A stretch of 59,951 bases of DNA, filler included, from Fonticula-like sp. SCN 57-25 (GCA_001724245.1; 10 parts of 10 records of this genome joined end to end with filler, not necessarily neighbours in it); one strand, 5' to 3'. Shown: positions 37,053 to 49,732, counted from the first letter of the whole stretch. The notes: a model not told the origin generated them from the sequence alone. A program made the numbers and translations.

Positions 37053-38260
37053 CAAGCCCCCCCCGCCTACGACGACATTTCCTCAAGCAAGCAAAACATG
37101 ATGCAAAACATGATGCCGCCCGCGCAGCGCTCCGCCATGGCCGCCATGTCTGCCAAAGAGCGCAACGAAATCTCGCTCTTTTCAGGGTCCGACTCTGCCC
37201 TGGACGTCGAGGCCTTTTTCCGGAGCGCGCTCGACAGCATGCGTCACGTGCCGCAGCCCGAGCAGGAAACCTGGTACCGGATTGGCCAATTCCTGGGCAG
37301 CGGCGCCTCGTCCGAGTGCTTCACGGCGATCAACCTTATGGACGGCCGCTTTCTTGCCGTGAAGCAGCTCAAGGTGCGCGACCCGCCAAATTTGGAGGAC
37401 CTCAACACTCTTGTCAAGGAGATCAAGGTGATGGAGCAGCTGGCGCACCCGAATATAGTGCGGTATTATGGGCATGAGTGGGTGAGGAGCCATCTGAATG
37501 TGTTTTTGGAGTATGCGGGGGGGGGGTCGCTGGCGCAGGTGTTGCAGAGGTATAAAAAGATGCCGGTGACGGTGATTAGGTCGTATACGTCGCAGATGCT
37601 GTGTGGATTGGCTTATCTGCATGAGAGAGGTGTCCTGCACCGTGACTTGAAACGTACGAAAATGTTTGTTATTATCGTGTTTATGTGTGTCATTGTCATG
37701 ATTCTTGTGTATTGGTCATGATTCCTGTCTATTTTCTATCCATTTTTATCATGGTTTCCATCTATTTTCATGCATTTTCCTTCTATTTTCCATATATTTT
37801 CCGATCCCTTTCCGACTCTTTTCTTACTGACCATTTCTTAGCCGATAATATTCTCCTTGATGAAGCCGGCCGCGTCAAGCTCGCCGACTTTGGCGCCTCC
37901 TCGACCCTCTCCGCCGACGAGACCCTCGCCAACGAGTTCAAAGGCGTCAAAGGCACCGTCGCCTACATGTGCCCCGAAATGATCCGCGGCGGCAGTTACG
38001 GCCGCAAGTGCGACATTTGGTCGCTCGGCACAATTGTTATCGAAATGGTGACTGGAAAGCGGCCGTGGTCGCACTTGGTTGACAGCAACTACTTTGCCGT
38101 GCTTTACCATATTGGGTCGACTGAGGCGCCGCACCCGCTGCCGGACGACACGCCGCCGCTCGCGGTCGACTTTATTCACAAGTCAATGGATAGGGTGCCG
38201 CAGCAGAGGCCGAGCGCAGAGGACTTGCTGCTGCACAACTTTTTGCTGCCAGAGAGTTAA
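37053..38260 (+). CDS. STE-group (MAP3K/STE11-like) Ser/Thr kinase, 5'-truncated (intron 37654-37841)
   Basis: LGSGAS, LAVKQ, HPNIVRYYG, FLEYAGGGSL, HRDLKPDN (spliced), DFG, GTVAYMCPE, DIWSLG. Confidence 0.9.
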
Positions 38261-38568
38261 GTGTGGTTTCATATGATTTGACTGATGTTTTGTAAGTATT
38301 TGAGGATGTTTTTTGCGTGTTTAAAGTATCGATCCAATGTATGTTATTTAATACGAATTGCCAATGCACATGATTCATAGAAAACGTCTCGGATTACCAT
38401 ATATAATATCTACGTACGAACCACAGTATTCATACAGAATGACAACACAAACAATGACAGCAATGACAATAACAATTGCACAATTCAAAACATTTCGACT
38501 GAGATGCAATATTAAACACCAGGCACGCAAATCGCACATGCCCTTTTACATATAAAAACAAACACATT

Positions 38569-41500
38569 TTATGTGTTTTGCAGGACCATATCCGGGCACC
38601 ACTTTCTCAGCATCCCCCTAATATCATCCAGCCTAATCGGCTTTGACAAAAAATCGTCCATTCCCGCCTCGAAACAGCGCGCCCTTTCCTGCGACATTGC
38701 CGACGCCGTCAGCGCCACAATAAGGGGCCGCTTTTCGTGGCCGTGCTCGGCAATGATCTGCTTTGTTGCCTCGAGGCCGTCCATGACGGGCATGTGGACG
38801 TCCATAAAGACAAGGTCAAAGGGGTCGCGGCGGACGGCCTCGACGGCTTTGGCGCCGTTGACTTCGACGCTCGCGGAAAGGCCGAGCTGGCGAAGGAAGC
38901 GAAGGAGAAGCATAATGTTGATTTCATTATCTTCTGCGACGAGAATCGATGGCTTTTTCAGACCTGATAAAGGAAAAGGTGAGTGGAAGAAAGTGAATAT
39001 AAAATGATGTACCAAAGCGGGGGCGTTTAGGGGTGAGCTCGTCAGAGTTGCTGCCAAGAACATCGCCAATTTGGGACGAACTGAAAAGAGTAATTTGTAA
39101 GGAAACGATAGTGAAAGAGAAGAGGGAAAAGGCAACATAAACAAGAGAAGATAGCATAAATATGACACAAAAGTAAAGAAATCAGTACTCACAAAGACAC
39201 ACAACCTATCAAAAATGATATTAAAATAGCCACAAAAAGACAATATATAACCAATATATATAACCAATCCACGTACGTCTCTTCGTCAACTTCCCTTGAC
39301 CTCTTTCTCGGACTCGACACCTCACTATTACTAATACTCTCCCCACTCACCTCCCTCTCCACGCCCTCCTCCTCCGCCACCGCATGATACTCCACCGTCG
39401 GTATATTAAAATAAAACGTCGACCCCTTGCCAAACGTCGAATCGACCCAAATATCGCCGCCCATAAGCCTCACAAGCCGCTGACAAATCGCCAGGCCAAG
39501 TCCAGTGCCGCCATATTTGCGGCTGATTGACGCGTCGACTTGGGAAAATGCCGAGAAAATGTCCTTGAGGCGCTCTTGCGGGATGCCAATGCCGTCGTCT
39601 TGGATGGCAAAGACAAGGTCAAAGCGGTCGCCGATGCGGCCACGTGATGAGACGTCGACGCGCACGTGGCCGGATGTCGTGAATTTTAGGGCGTTGGAGA
39701 GGAGGTTGAGGAGGACTTGGCGGAGGCGGTCGACGTCCTCGAGGATGACGGGGGGGACGTCGTCGGCAATGAGTGACGTTAGTTGGTTGTTGTTGGTGCG
39801 TGCTTGCATCTGTAGTAGCTGAAGTGTTTCCTGGTGGAAAAGAGGCGGAAAAGTGGCGGAAAAGGGATGAAAAGTAGCGGAAAAGTGGCGAAAAAGAAGG
39901 AAAAGTGGCGAAAAAGAAGTGAAAAAGACACAAAAAGGTAGCAAAAAACAACAAAAAAATATCAGAAAATATCAGAAAAGCATCATAAAGTATTCAAAAA
40001 GCAGCCAAATTGCAGCCAAATGTGTCAGTAAACATTAAAAAACTCATAAACAAGCGTACGCGGAGCAGTTCGCTGAGTCTGAATGGCTTGCGAAGCAGTT
40101 CAAGTTTCTCTGCCTCGATCTTTGACAGGTCCAGAATGTCGTTGATGATGAGCAGCAGCGACGTGGCCGACGACTGAATTGTGCTCACATATTCGGCCTG
40201 CTCCTCGGACAGCGGCGTCTCTGCCAGCAGCTGCGCCATGCCGAGGATGCCATTCATGGGGGTACGAATCTCGCTGAAAAGTGCGGAAAAGTGCGGGAAG
40301 AAGGAAAAGTGCAGAAAAGTGCGGAAAAAGAGCGACAAAAGTGTGGCAAAAGTAAAGAAAAGCGCAACAAAAGTGAACAAAAACACAGCAAAAGTACAGA
40401 AATGTGGTCGTTAATGTCACATTCAGCTGTCAAAAGACGCCGTACTGGCTCATATTGGCGAGGAATCGACTCTTTAGGCGCGACGTCTCAAGTGCCTGCT
40501 CTTTAATAAGAAACATTTCCGCCTCCATGCGGCTATTCAAGTCATTAGCAAACACACAAATCAAATAAGAAAATAAGATTATTTCGCACTGTCTGTCGAC
40601 AATTTCTCGCTCGCGCTGCTTATTAACCGCCTCCAACTGCGCCATCTTTTGCTCCGCCTCCAACGTGCGCGCCGCCACCTTTTGCTCCATCTCTGCGTAC
40701 AGCCGCGCATTGACGACCGACAGCGCCGCCTGCGTCGATATCATCCTTATGAGGTGCACGCGGTCCTGCGTAAAGCAGCCCTCGATCGACTTGTTTTCAA
40801 GGTAGATAAGTCCGATTTGGTACCCGCGGTGAAGTAGAGGGACGGCCAAAATGGATTTTACGCCGCTGTTTTGAATATACGAATCAAGCATGAACGGGTA
40901 CTCGCTCTGTAATTATAAGCATTAGTAAAATCATTAATAAAATCATTAGCAGTGCCAATCATCAGCAATCAAATACGATAAATATGTCAATAAACATCGA
41001 TACATGCATATCATTCAAAATATGTGCATAACATTCTAAATATGCGCATATCATTCAAAATCATTCTAAATATGCGCATATCATTCTAAATATGTGCCTA
41101 TCATTCCAATATATGCCTATCATTCCATAGCATTCGTACCTTGGCGTTGTTGAGTACGAGGCTCTTGTGCGTATGATTGACGTAATTCAGCACGGCGAAT
41201 GACATGATATCGGCCGTCGGTCTCATTGGCGTGTCGAGCAGGCGCTGCTCGCGGCCCTCTGCTATTGCCTTGATGACGAGGTTGACGCGCTCCTCGTGCG
41301 AGATGAGGCAGAGGCCGCGCTCGGCGCCCGTGTTGGCCATGACGAGCTTGAGGATGCGCAGCTCGAGGCGCGAAAGGACAATTTCCTCTGAGAGGGAAAG
41401 CGATGATTGGATGACAGAGGCAATGTCGAGTGATACGGAAAGGGATTGCGAAGTTGACATTGAGTTTGATACGGAAAGTGAGCTCTGAAAAGGCGATGTT

Positions 41501-42746
41501 TAGCACAGGAAAAGACATAAAAAGAATGAAAAGGCGCACTCGAGTGTCGCTGTCGCTTCCGCCGTCGATCACGTCCACGTAGCGCTCCTTGAGCCACTGC
41601 ACCTTGCGCTGGCAGTCCCACGTCATGTACCCTGCAGCAACCATGAGCATGCCTCAAACAAGAATATTATGATAAGCGCACCCTGAAGAGCGGCCTGGAT
41701 GATTGGGGTGGCGCCAATGACGTCACCCATCTGGATGAGATAGTTACCAAGGCGCTCCTGCGCAAAGGCGTGGTGATGCTGAAAGGTCGTTCGGCCGGCG
41801 AGCGCCGCCGCGTGGCGAAACATTTCCACGATTGTGTGCTTGGGCGCCTTGTTGTAGAGCAGCTGCGAGCACTCGACGAGCGCGCGCATATGCTCGAAAT
41901 TGACGGGGCAGTCGCGCGCGAGAATTGTGAGCTCAAGTGACCACTCATTTGCCTACAAAAGCACGGTAAGCATACATGAAAAACAGCAAAAACCACCCAA
42001 TTATGTACCTTTTTAAGGATCTGTTCGCGCGCAGGATAGTCGAGATCGCAGCTATCGAGCGTGCCGTACGCCATTATGCTGCCATACATCCACAGCTGCG
42101 GCACCTGGTGCATCATCATGTACATGTCGATCATTGGCTGGATCTTTGGCAGCAGGTCGGGCCACGCGGCGCGATCGTCAAAGAGAACGGCGCGGATGAC
42201 CTCGAGGAATGTAATGGAAGAGCTGTAAAAGGCCGCCGTCTGCACGCTCGCGGTGAGCTCTGTCGGCGGCCACACATTCGACCCGGGTTCGAGAAGGTGA
42301 CGAACAAAGCTCAGCATCACATTGATCTCAAAGTATGCGTTGGGCGAGTCGAGCGTCGGCAGAAGCTCCGTGATCGAATTGAACACATCACGCAAATTGG
42401 AGCCCTAAAAGCGCGGGTGTTAGCGACATAAATTGTTGTGTTTTCGTGCGCGCACCATCAAAAAGAGGTCGTTGGTGATGGCAATGTTGGCGTGAGCCGT
42501 GTAGACGACGTCGCCCAGCTGCATTGTCGCCGTGCGGCCGAGGTCGTGCAGCACAATGACATTGGAAAACGGCTCGGCAAGGAATTCAACGCCGCGCGCG
42601 AGCGCCAACCACGCGCGCGCGCGCCCCGTCGTGTTCTCATACCGCGTGGACAGCTTGTAGATGACGTCCTTGAGCTCGATGGCGCGCTTGTACTGCTGCC
42701 GGTGCGCGTAGCTGTGCGCGAGGGCAGTGAAGCTAAACATGGACGC
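38569..42746 (-). CDS. Hybrid histidine kinase (helical region-GAF-HisKA-HATPase-REC), resembling large fungal group X kinases; 5'-truncated, multi-exon
   Basis: GAF ([12 protein letters not shown]...IYLEN), [15 protein letters not shown] with the His codon split by an intron, [39 protein letters not shown] / [11 protein letters not shown] / LSKP. Confidence 0.92.
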
Positions 42747-43988
42747 NNNNNNNNNNNNNNNNNNNNNNNNNNNNNNNNNNNNNNNNNNNNTTAATTAATT
42801 AANNNNNNNNNNNNNNNNNNNNNNNNNNNNNNNNNNNNNNNNNNNNCGAGCTCGGGCGAGGTAGAGAGTATTGTTCCATCCTTGAGGTGATCGATAGAGA
42901 TCGTGCGCAGGCCGCCGGCCCCCTGCGATTGCGAGTCCATCTCGGGGCGGGATTCCTGGTGCACACCGAGAGACGTCGCCGCGGCGTCGGGTAGACACGC
43001 ACGCGGACTAATTATGCCGTTGGAAGAGTGAATGAGGCAACGATCCCGCAAGAACCGTTCCCTTGCCGATATATTCCGACAGCCGAGTACTAAGCTGTCA
43101 AACGACCACAATACAACCAAAAGGAGAGCAAAACGCCAAAACCGCGCGACCGGCCGATAAAATCACCGAGCGACGAGGTCGTGGTCTCGACTCGCCTGGG
43201 CCTCGTCTCTGGCGGCGGTGCGGATATTATGGAGCATATGCGGGTGCTCCAAGGCGCTTCTGATTGGCCGCACAACTTTGGGTCCATCGAATTTCCAAAT
43301 GTGGAAATTGTCCCTCCTTTTTTAGGAGGGACGATCGCGCTCTCGACCATCGATGAAGTTTGGCCTGACCGCTCGGCACATGAGGTAATATGGCTCCATA
43401 GTGACCATATGATTTGTCAGGTTTCGGAAGAACCTGCCGCAAATTTGTATCCGCCAATGGGAGTTTCGTGGATCGGGACCGGTCGTGGGAAGTAAAATGG
43501 GAAGCACCGGCAACATTTGGAACGCTGCATAGCTTGTGAACACTGCCAGTTTATGGTCATATAATGCGGCATGTCACACTTTGGCATTTCGGCGATATGC
43601 GGCATTCGCCGGACGCGACACTGAGCTTTTGAGGATAGTACGATCGTTCCGGTGCAGCGGAAAATAGATGCTGCGCGCAAACGGCGTCGGAGACTCTCTC
43701 CAACACACAATGTCGATCACGACCGTGTGACACGAGAGCGTGCGGGTCACGCAACGCCTGCCGTTCACTCGGAGCGCCGGCCTCGTACACCAGTTTTGGC
43801 ACTATGGTCGCCCACGTTCGATCAAGTGTGCTGATTGGATCGGACATGAAATCAGCGTCGTTGATTGGTCCACACAAATTGTCGGGTGCAGGCGGGAGTG
43901 CAAACATTTGGAGGCCGCAGTAGCCTGGTAGCAGCTGAGCATCCTCCCGCCGAGGGCCAAAACAGCAGCCACGGCAACCCACAGTCGC

Positions 43989-44737
43989 ATGGCGAAGCAG
44001 TTTCGTCCATGGTTCCTGGAACGGTATGATCCCGTGGCGGCCGGCAGCATCGACGGGACCGACAGCCGGCCGCATGACCATGCCGTGGTGAGGGCGTTGG
44101 GCGCGACGTACGAGGCGACACACGCGAAAGGCGAACCGTTCAGCACGCTCTTCATAGGTCGACTGCCGCCGTCGACGCTTCAAGGTGCGTGCTATTGGGC
44201 CTTGAGTTGGTGGTGGGCTGACGCGTGCGGGCGACAGAGGAGCTCGACGGCCTGGTGGCACCTTTCGGGCCGGTACGGGCTGCGCGCATCGTGCGCAACT
44301 TGGTGACCGGAGAGTCGCGCGGCTATGCGTTTGTAGAGTTTGAGCGCCAGGACGACTGCCGTGCGGCGTACCGCGCTCTAGCTCACGCAGAACTAGGCGG
44401 GAGCCGCCTCATCGTCGACTATGAGCGCGCGCGCGTGATGGACGGGTGGGTGCCGCGGCGGCTTGGCGGCGGGATCGGGGGCAAGAAGGAGTCGGGTCAG
44501 CTCCGCTTTGGGGGCCGCGCAAGGCCGTTCCGCGAGCCAGCGTACGGATTTATTTTTGTTTGTGATCCTCGGGACTGTTGTGCTGATCATTGTGTTATCA
44601 GGAATACCAGGGCGGCTGACATCGAGCCGCGATCGCGGCGGGACGACTGCTGGTACCGCGCTGCGCTGGAGACAGCGAGAGAGACGGAGGACCGGAAGGC
44701 CGCTGCTGGGCCGCAGAGCGTCGACGGGGACACCTAG
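43989..44737 (+). CDS. SNRNP35: U11/U12 snRNP 35 kDa protein (minor spliceosome); 2 introns
   Basis: YDPVAAGSIDGTD..PHDHAVVRA, RRM (TLFIGRL, SRGYAFVEF) and GWVPRRLGGGIGGKKESGQLRFGGRARPFR. Confidence 0.9.
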
Positions 44738-45134
44738 GCAAGCGTGGTAATATTCTTTGAATACTGCGCCAGACAATAGACTCTTCGCATACGACTGCCT
44801 TGGTCCAGCCCTGCAATGCGGTACCCTTCGGCAGCTGCTTTTCATACCCCTCTTAGCCTTGTGCGCGCTTTGAGCGGCAACATGTGCATGTTGTGGCCGA
44901 CCGGGCGGAGCCGGGATCCCACTGCGCCTGGGTCACTTTAGGTGCTATATTTGTGGCGTCGCTGTTTCTCGAGTGTCATTCGTAGTACACGCCCATTGCG
45001 CACCTCATTGGATCATATGTATCAATATATGTGCGCGCCCCAGCGCGTTCACTCCACACAAATATTACCGGGTACCCCTATTTTATGCAAAGTCCACTTC
45101 GCCACAACGATCGCGTCAACCTCTCCACGTGGCC

Positions 45135-46065
45135 ATGGTGGTGGTGGCCCTGTCGGTGGGCGCCGCCTCGCTGGTCGGCCTCTGGTGGCTGCTTGGCGGC
45201 CGCCAGTTTGAGCTCTACGGCCTGGACCACGTTGTGCTGAATGTGGCGGACGCGCAGTACTGGCTTAACATGGGCTATTGGGAGTCGCCGGCCGACACAT
45301 TCGGCGATGCCGCTCGAGCGCTGGCCGATCGCGTGGGCAAGGCGGCGCGCCTGCATGAGGCGTCCGTGCTGATGGACGTTGGCTGCGGCTGCGCGGAGCC
45401 GGACCTGCATTGGGCGCGGAAGCACCGCGGCCTGCGTCACATCGTCGGCATCACGAACGAGCGCACGCAAGTGCTATTGGCGCAGGCCCGCATCCAGAGC
45501 GCCGGCATGACGGACCGCATCACCATCCAGCAGGGCGACGCGAGCGCTCTCGCCAGCGCGAGGCTGGAAACGCCGTTTGACGCCGTCATTTCGCTTGATA
45601 GTGCGTACCATTATAACACACGGCAGGCATTCTTTGCCGGATCATTCGCTCTTCTACGCAGCGGTACGCCAAGAACCACATTTTGGGACCGGTACTGACA
45701 CTGCGCCAGGCGGACATCTCGGCATGTCCGACATTGTCGTGGACGCCGCGCCGCAGCACTGGCTGGCGCGCCTGCTGCTCTGGCTCGCGCATCGCGGCGC
45801 ATTCGTTCCCGCTGCAAACTTGATCACGATCGACGCGTACCGCGCGCAGCTGCAGAGCGCGGGCTTCCAAGACGTGGAGCTCGAAGACATTTCGCCGCGC
45901 GTGTTTGTGCCGCTGAGCCACTGGATGGACCGCCAGGTGGAGATGTTTGCGCCCATCTTGCGGCCCGTGCTGCGCGTAAAGTACCGCCTCATGGCGCGCG
46001 CGCTCCGGGCCATCGACCAGCAGCACCTCTTCAAGTTTATCGTTGTTTCGGCAAGAAAGCCATAG
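45135..46065 (+). CDS. SAM-dependent methyltransferase with N-terminal membrane anchor (one intron, about 45664-45709)
   Basis: WLNMGYW, MDVGCGCAE, FDAVISLDSAYHY and spliced LRSGGHLGMSD. Confidence 0.85.
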
Positions 46066-46308
46066 GGGTGCAGGCTCAGTGCAGGCTAGTGCATTTTCAT
46101 ACCTGAAACGTGTATTATATCATCAATAGAGTAACATTTGTCACTATACGCATCTAGTTTTGGGCTTTATTTTCCTGTATGAGGCTGAAACATACACTTT
46201 CTGAGCCTTGGCCAGATACGGTCATAAGCATGTATTAATAAAACTGGCATAAAACTGGCATAAAACTGGATTACAACTGGCCACTGGTACACTTTGCTGC
46301 GCCTCTTC

Positions 46309-47838
46309 TCAAATATTCCAGCCTAGCAAGGACGCGAACAGGTTGAGGAAAAAGCCGACGACCGGCACAATGATGCTTGTCCTCCAGTTCGGCTCCTTTT
46401 GCGCGACGACCTTTTGACCGAGGTCGTTCTTGCGCGGCGCATAGACCCTCTCCTCTTTGACGCCAAAGTGCGCAGCGACGCGCGACCCCGACGAGACGCA
46501 CCCCTCGAGCAGCGGCACGCCCTCATCGGCGTACGCACCAACAAACCAGATATTGCGCTGGCCCTGCATTGCCCAGAACCGCTCGAGGTTCTCCTTTGTG
46601 TCGAGCGTGACGAGCGGCCGCTCAAAGACGGACCTCGAAATGATCTTTTCATTGTCGAGCACGAACGGCGGGTTCCACGTCTGGAACACGTTCGGCGCGC
46701 CGGCGAGCGACGGCAGGATCGCGTTCATGTAGTTTGTCGCCGACGGCACCGTCTCGGACGGCTTGTAGACGGTGGCAAAGTTGATGCCGCGCCAGTCATC
46801 CTTGGACTCGGGCATGACGCGCTCGTCGCCGTGAAGGACGACCTCGCTGCGAACGTACGTGAACGCGCCGAGAGCGGCCGTCTCGGCGGGCGTCGCGTCC
46901 TGCAGCATGCGCAGCGCCTGGTTCGCTTGCGACGCAATAACCACATGGTCGAATTCGTGCTTGTCGCCGGCGGCCGTCTGGACGGTGAGGCGCGGACGAC
47001 CGGCATCGGGCGTATCATAGATCGCCGTCACGGGCGTGCTCAGGTGGATTTCCTTGACGCTCGCGCTCAGAACCTGGCAGACCTGACGGACGCCCTGCAT
47101 CACAACGTTGGCGCCCTCAAAGGCCATGCCGGATCCGCAAAACTCGAGCACGGTCGCGGCGGGGTACGCCTCCATGTCATCGAAAAAGCAAGTGCAGATC
47201 CCCGCCATAAAGGGGAGAATGCAGCCGTGGCGGAACTCGGTGCTGTATTTGTGCGCGTCGAGGAACTGGCCGAGCGTCAGGCGATCGACGGACGCGGTCG
47301 ATTCGCCGCGCGCGCGCTTGCCGACGTACTGGTGCGATGCGTACAGGAAGCGAAGCCATTCGACGCCGATGCGCAGCTGGTTCACAAATCCGTGCTTGAG
47401 AGAGGGAAGAGGCACGCTCACGCCGGCAATAGTGTAGTTCTCATAGACAAAGATGGGCGAAAACGATGGCTCCTTTTGATTCACGCGGTCGGCCCCGTTG
47501 TGCACGTGGCCGTTCATAAGGAGACCGTCGTCCTCGCCGCGGCCGCCGGCAAAGCACACGGTGTGATCACGGGGGCCGTATTCAATGTGAAGCAAGTCGT
47601 AGAGGCGCGTCAGGAGAGGGTAGTAGCCGCGGTAGAAGCCACGCATGGGGATGTCAACGCGGGTCCGGCCGTCATCGACATCAACGCTCGCGGCGTCCAT
47701 GCCGACGCTCTCATTGCGCTCGAACAGATGAACCTCGTCTGGGACCTTTGACGGATCGTCATAGTGCTCGGGCGAGGCGAGAAGCCACGCCGCGTGCAGG
47801 CCCGCAAGGCCGCTGCCCACTACAGCCACCTTCATGAC
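46309..47838 (-). CDS. FAD-dependent oxidoreductase (amine-oxidase fold, COG2907-like)
   Basis: KVAVVGSGLAGLHAAWLL, VHLFER, RVDIPMRGF, FDHVVIASQANQA, QGQRNIWFVGAY...LLEGCVSSG. Confidence 0.85.
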   Translation of the reverse strand, partial: VMKVAVVGSGLAGLHAAWLLASPEHYDDPSKVPDEVHLFERNESVGMDAASVDVDDGRTRVDIPMRGFYRGYYPLLTRLYDLLHIEYGPRDHTVCFAGGRGEDDGLLMNGHVHNGADRVNQKEPSFSPIFVYENYTIAGVSVPLPSLKHGFVNQLRIGVEWLRFLYASHQYVGKRARGESTASVDRLTLGQFLDAHKYSTEFRHGCILPFMAGICTCFFDDMEAYPAATVLEFCGSGMAFEGANVVMQGVRQVCQVLSASVKEIHLSTPVTAIYDTPDAGRPRLTVQTAAGDKHEFDHVVIASQANQALRMLQDATPAETAALGAFTYVRSEVVLHGDERVMPESKDDWRGINFATVYKPSETVPSATNYMNAILPSLAGAPNVFQTWNPPFVLDNEKIISRSVFERPLVTLDTKENLERFWAMQGQRNIWFVGAYADEGVPLLEGCVSSGSRVAAHFGVKEERVYAPRKNDLGQKVVAQKEPNWRTSIIVPVVGFFLNLFASLLGWNI

Positions 47839-48062
47839 CAGCTGATCTGTAAGCCGTGGTTGCAAGCTGAATCGCGCGAGTTTCGGATATCACGTGACTT
47901 CACAACCATCTGACAGTGCAGTTTGCAGTTTGCAAGTTGATGTCAGCAAGCCGAAGTGTGCATGGCAGGCATCAAGTTATGAAAGATATGGTATGAATGT
48001 ATTCCCCAACGACGGTTCCAAAAATGAGGACTATAATCTTCTCGTCCTCTAATGTTCCCCTT

Positions 48063-48500
48063 TCAGTATCCCTCGAGCGTTTTGATATCTTGCAAGTCCC
48101 TCGGGTCGTCGCCGCTCTCCCTGTAGCGCAGCAGCAGCCTGATCTGCTTCTCAAACTCTGCCTCGTCGAGCGTCCCCTCGTCGTTATCAAACCGCACCCA
48201 CGTGGGCTGCCTCTCTGCCCAGTACCCCGTCGGGAACAGCGTCGGCCGGTAAGCCGGCCTGACCTGCGCGACCATGTCGCTCATGCCGCTCCGCGCGCAC
48301 ACCATAATGTCGGCCGTGACGAGCAGGTTGAGCGTGTCAATGAGGTCCTCGTTGAGGTGCATCGTGAGCGGCCATTGGTCGCCAATCTCGGCGAAATCTT
48401 CCGTCTTTCCCTGCGAAAAGAGGTGGTACTCGAGGCGCGGCACGCTGACGCCCTGCGCCCGCAGCCGCGCCGCGATCGCCTCAATGTTCTTGATGAGCGT
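48063..48500 (-). CDS. 3' end of an unknown protein, possibly a fucosyltransferase-like GT-B fold
   Basis: HLFSQG..EDF...HLNEDL...LVTADIMVCARSGMS resembles the 'AD.lv.s.SsFS' motif of that fold; only a fragment is visible. Confidence 0.4.
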   Translation of the reverse strand, partial: TLIKNIEAIAARLRAQGVSVPRLEYHLFSQGKTEDFAEIGDQWPLTMHLNEDLIDTLNLLVTADIMVCARSGMSDMVAQVRPAYRPTLFPTGYWAERQPTWVRFDNDEGTLDEAEFEKQIRLLLRYRESGDDPRDLQDIKTLEGY

Positions 48501-48600
48501 NNNNNNNNNNNNNNNNNNNNNNNNNNNNNNNNNNNNNNNNNNNNTTAATTAATTAANNNNNNNNNNNNNNNNNNNNNNNNNNNNNNNNNNNNNNNNNNNN

Positions 48601-49460
48601 ACGAGCTTGAAGCAGTTCTGGCGGCGGTCCGACTCGTACGGCCCGACCTCGACCATCGCCTTGCGCTTGATCAGCTTGAGCAGCTCAAACTCTTCGCTGT
48701 TGCCGTATCCCATGAGTCGCCCGGTCGACCGCAGCACGAGCCATCTCCGCTTCCATTTCTGTCGAGCCGAGTTAGAGGCGCCAAAGGCAAGGAGAGAAGC
48801 GTACCTTGCGAAGGTGCGTCCTGATGTCGAGGTAGCCAGAAATAATCACCGTCTCCTTGCCTTCCAGCGCGGCGTCGTGCTCAGAGATCACGGGGCGCGC
48901 CTGGGCGTCGGTCGCGTGCTCAGCCTCTGCGTTGCTCGCCTCGGCCGCCTGAGGTGTGTGAGCTAGAGTTAAAGGCGTGAGAGGGGCGGCGCACTGAAAC
49001 AATATCGTCTTCAAACTGGAGCTTGGTGGCCTCATCAACCACCGCGCCCGTCGTCTTGTTGATGGCGTCAATCCACGACTCCATGTCCTCGATGGTGTCG
49101 GCCTGGACGTAGATGATCTTGGCCGGCGACGCGATGGCAAACATGGGCTCCTTGTGCCTGCGCCCGTGGAGCGAGGCAGCAAACGCGTCCTTGAGCTTCA
49201 ACATCTTCTTGAGCTTGTACTCCTCCTCCGTCTTGTACATGCTCAGGCGCAGGCCACGTAGCACAAACCAGCGCCGCTTCCACTTCTAAAGCCGAAAGGT
49301 CAGCGGCCGTGAGAAAAAAGTCAACGCTCCCGTCATGACGCACCCTCTTGTTCTTGTTACTGCGCTTCAAAAGCCAACCGGCCTTTGATACAGACTCCTT
49401 GGCAACGTCCGGTGCAGCGGAAAGCGCACCGGCATCCTCCTCCTCGGACGTCGTCTGCAT
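48601..49460 (-). CDS. Tandem PH-domain protein (Opy1-like), multi-exon, 3'-truncated
   Basis: KAGWLLKR..KWKRRWFVLR...MESWIDAIN, then a second module SGYLDIR..KWKRRWLVLR. Confidence 0.82.
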
Positions 49461-49732
49461 GCCTGGATCTCCTCGCATTCAACGACAAACACGAGAGAGC
49501 GCCCCAGACTCTGCCCCAAATTACGCGCGTTTTCAGGGTCGGTTTCAAAACCTACCATATTTGGATGTGTCAACCCCTGACTCTACCCCAAACCAAGCTT
49601 TATTGAAGGTGACGTCAGCTTCGTCGAGGCTTTTCTGTTGGCCTTCTTGTTACGCGAGCTGGTCAGCTGGTGTCTTCCGAGGTTTTCTCCCCCGCTCTTG
49701 GTTTATTGTTTGTGTCTTTTCTGCGTGTTCGC

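Noticed and set aside
37053-42746. MAP3K next to a histidine kinase as a linked signalling module
   Set aside because: Convergent adjacency alone does not show functional linkage in eukaryotes.
42847-43980. Several short ORFs upstream of SNRNP35
   Set aside because: No motifs or consistent exon structure; a gene may start near 42940 on the minus strand, but this is unsupported.
46238-46282. TAAAACTGGCA tandem repeat
   Set aside because: Only 3-4 short copies in a 3' intergenic region; ordinary slippage.
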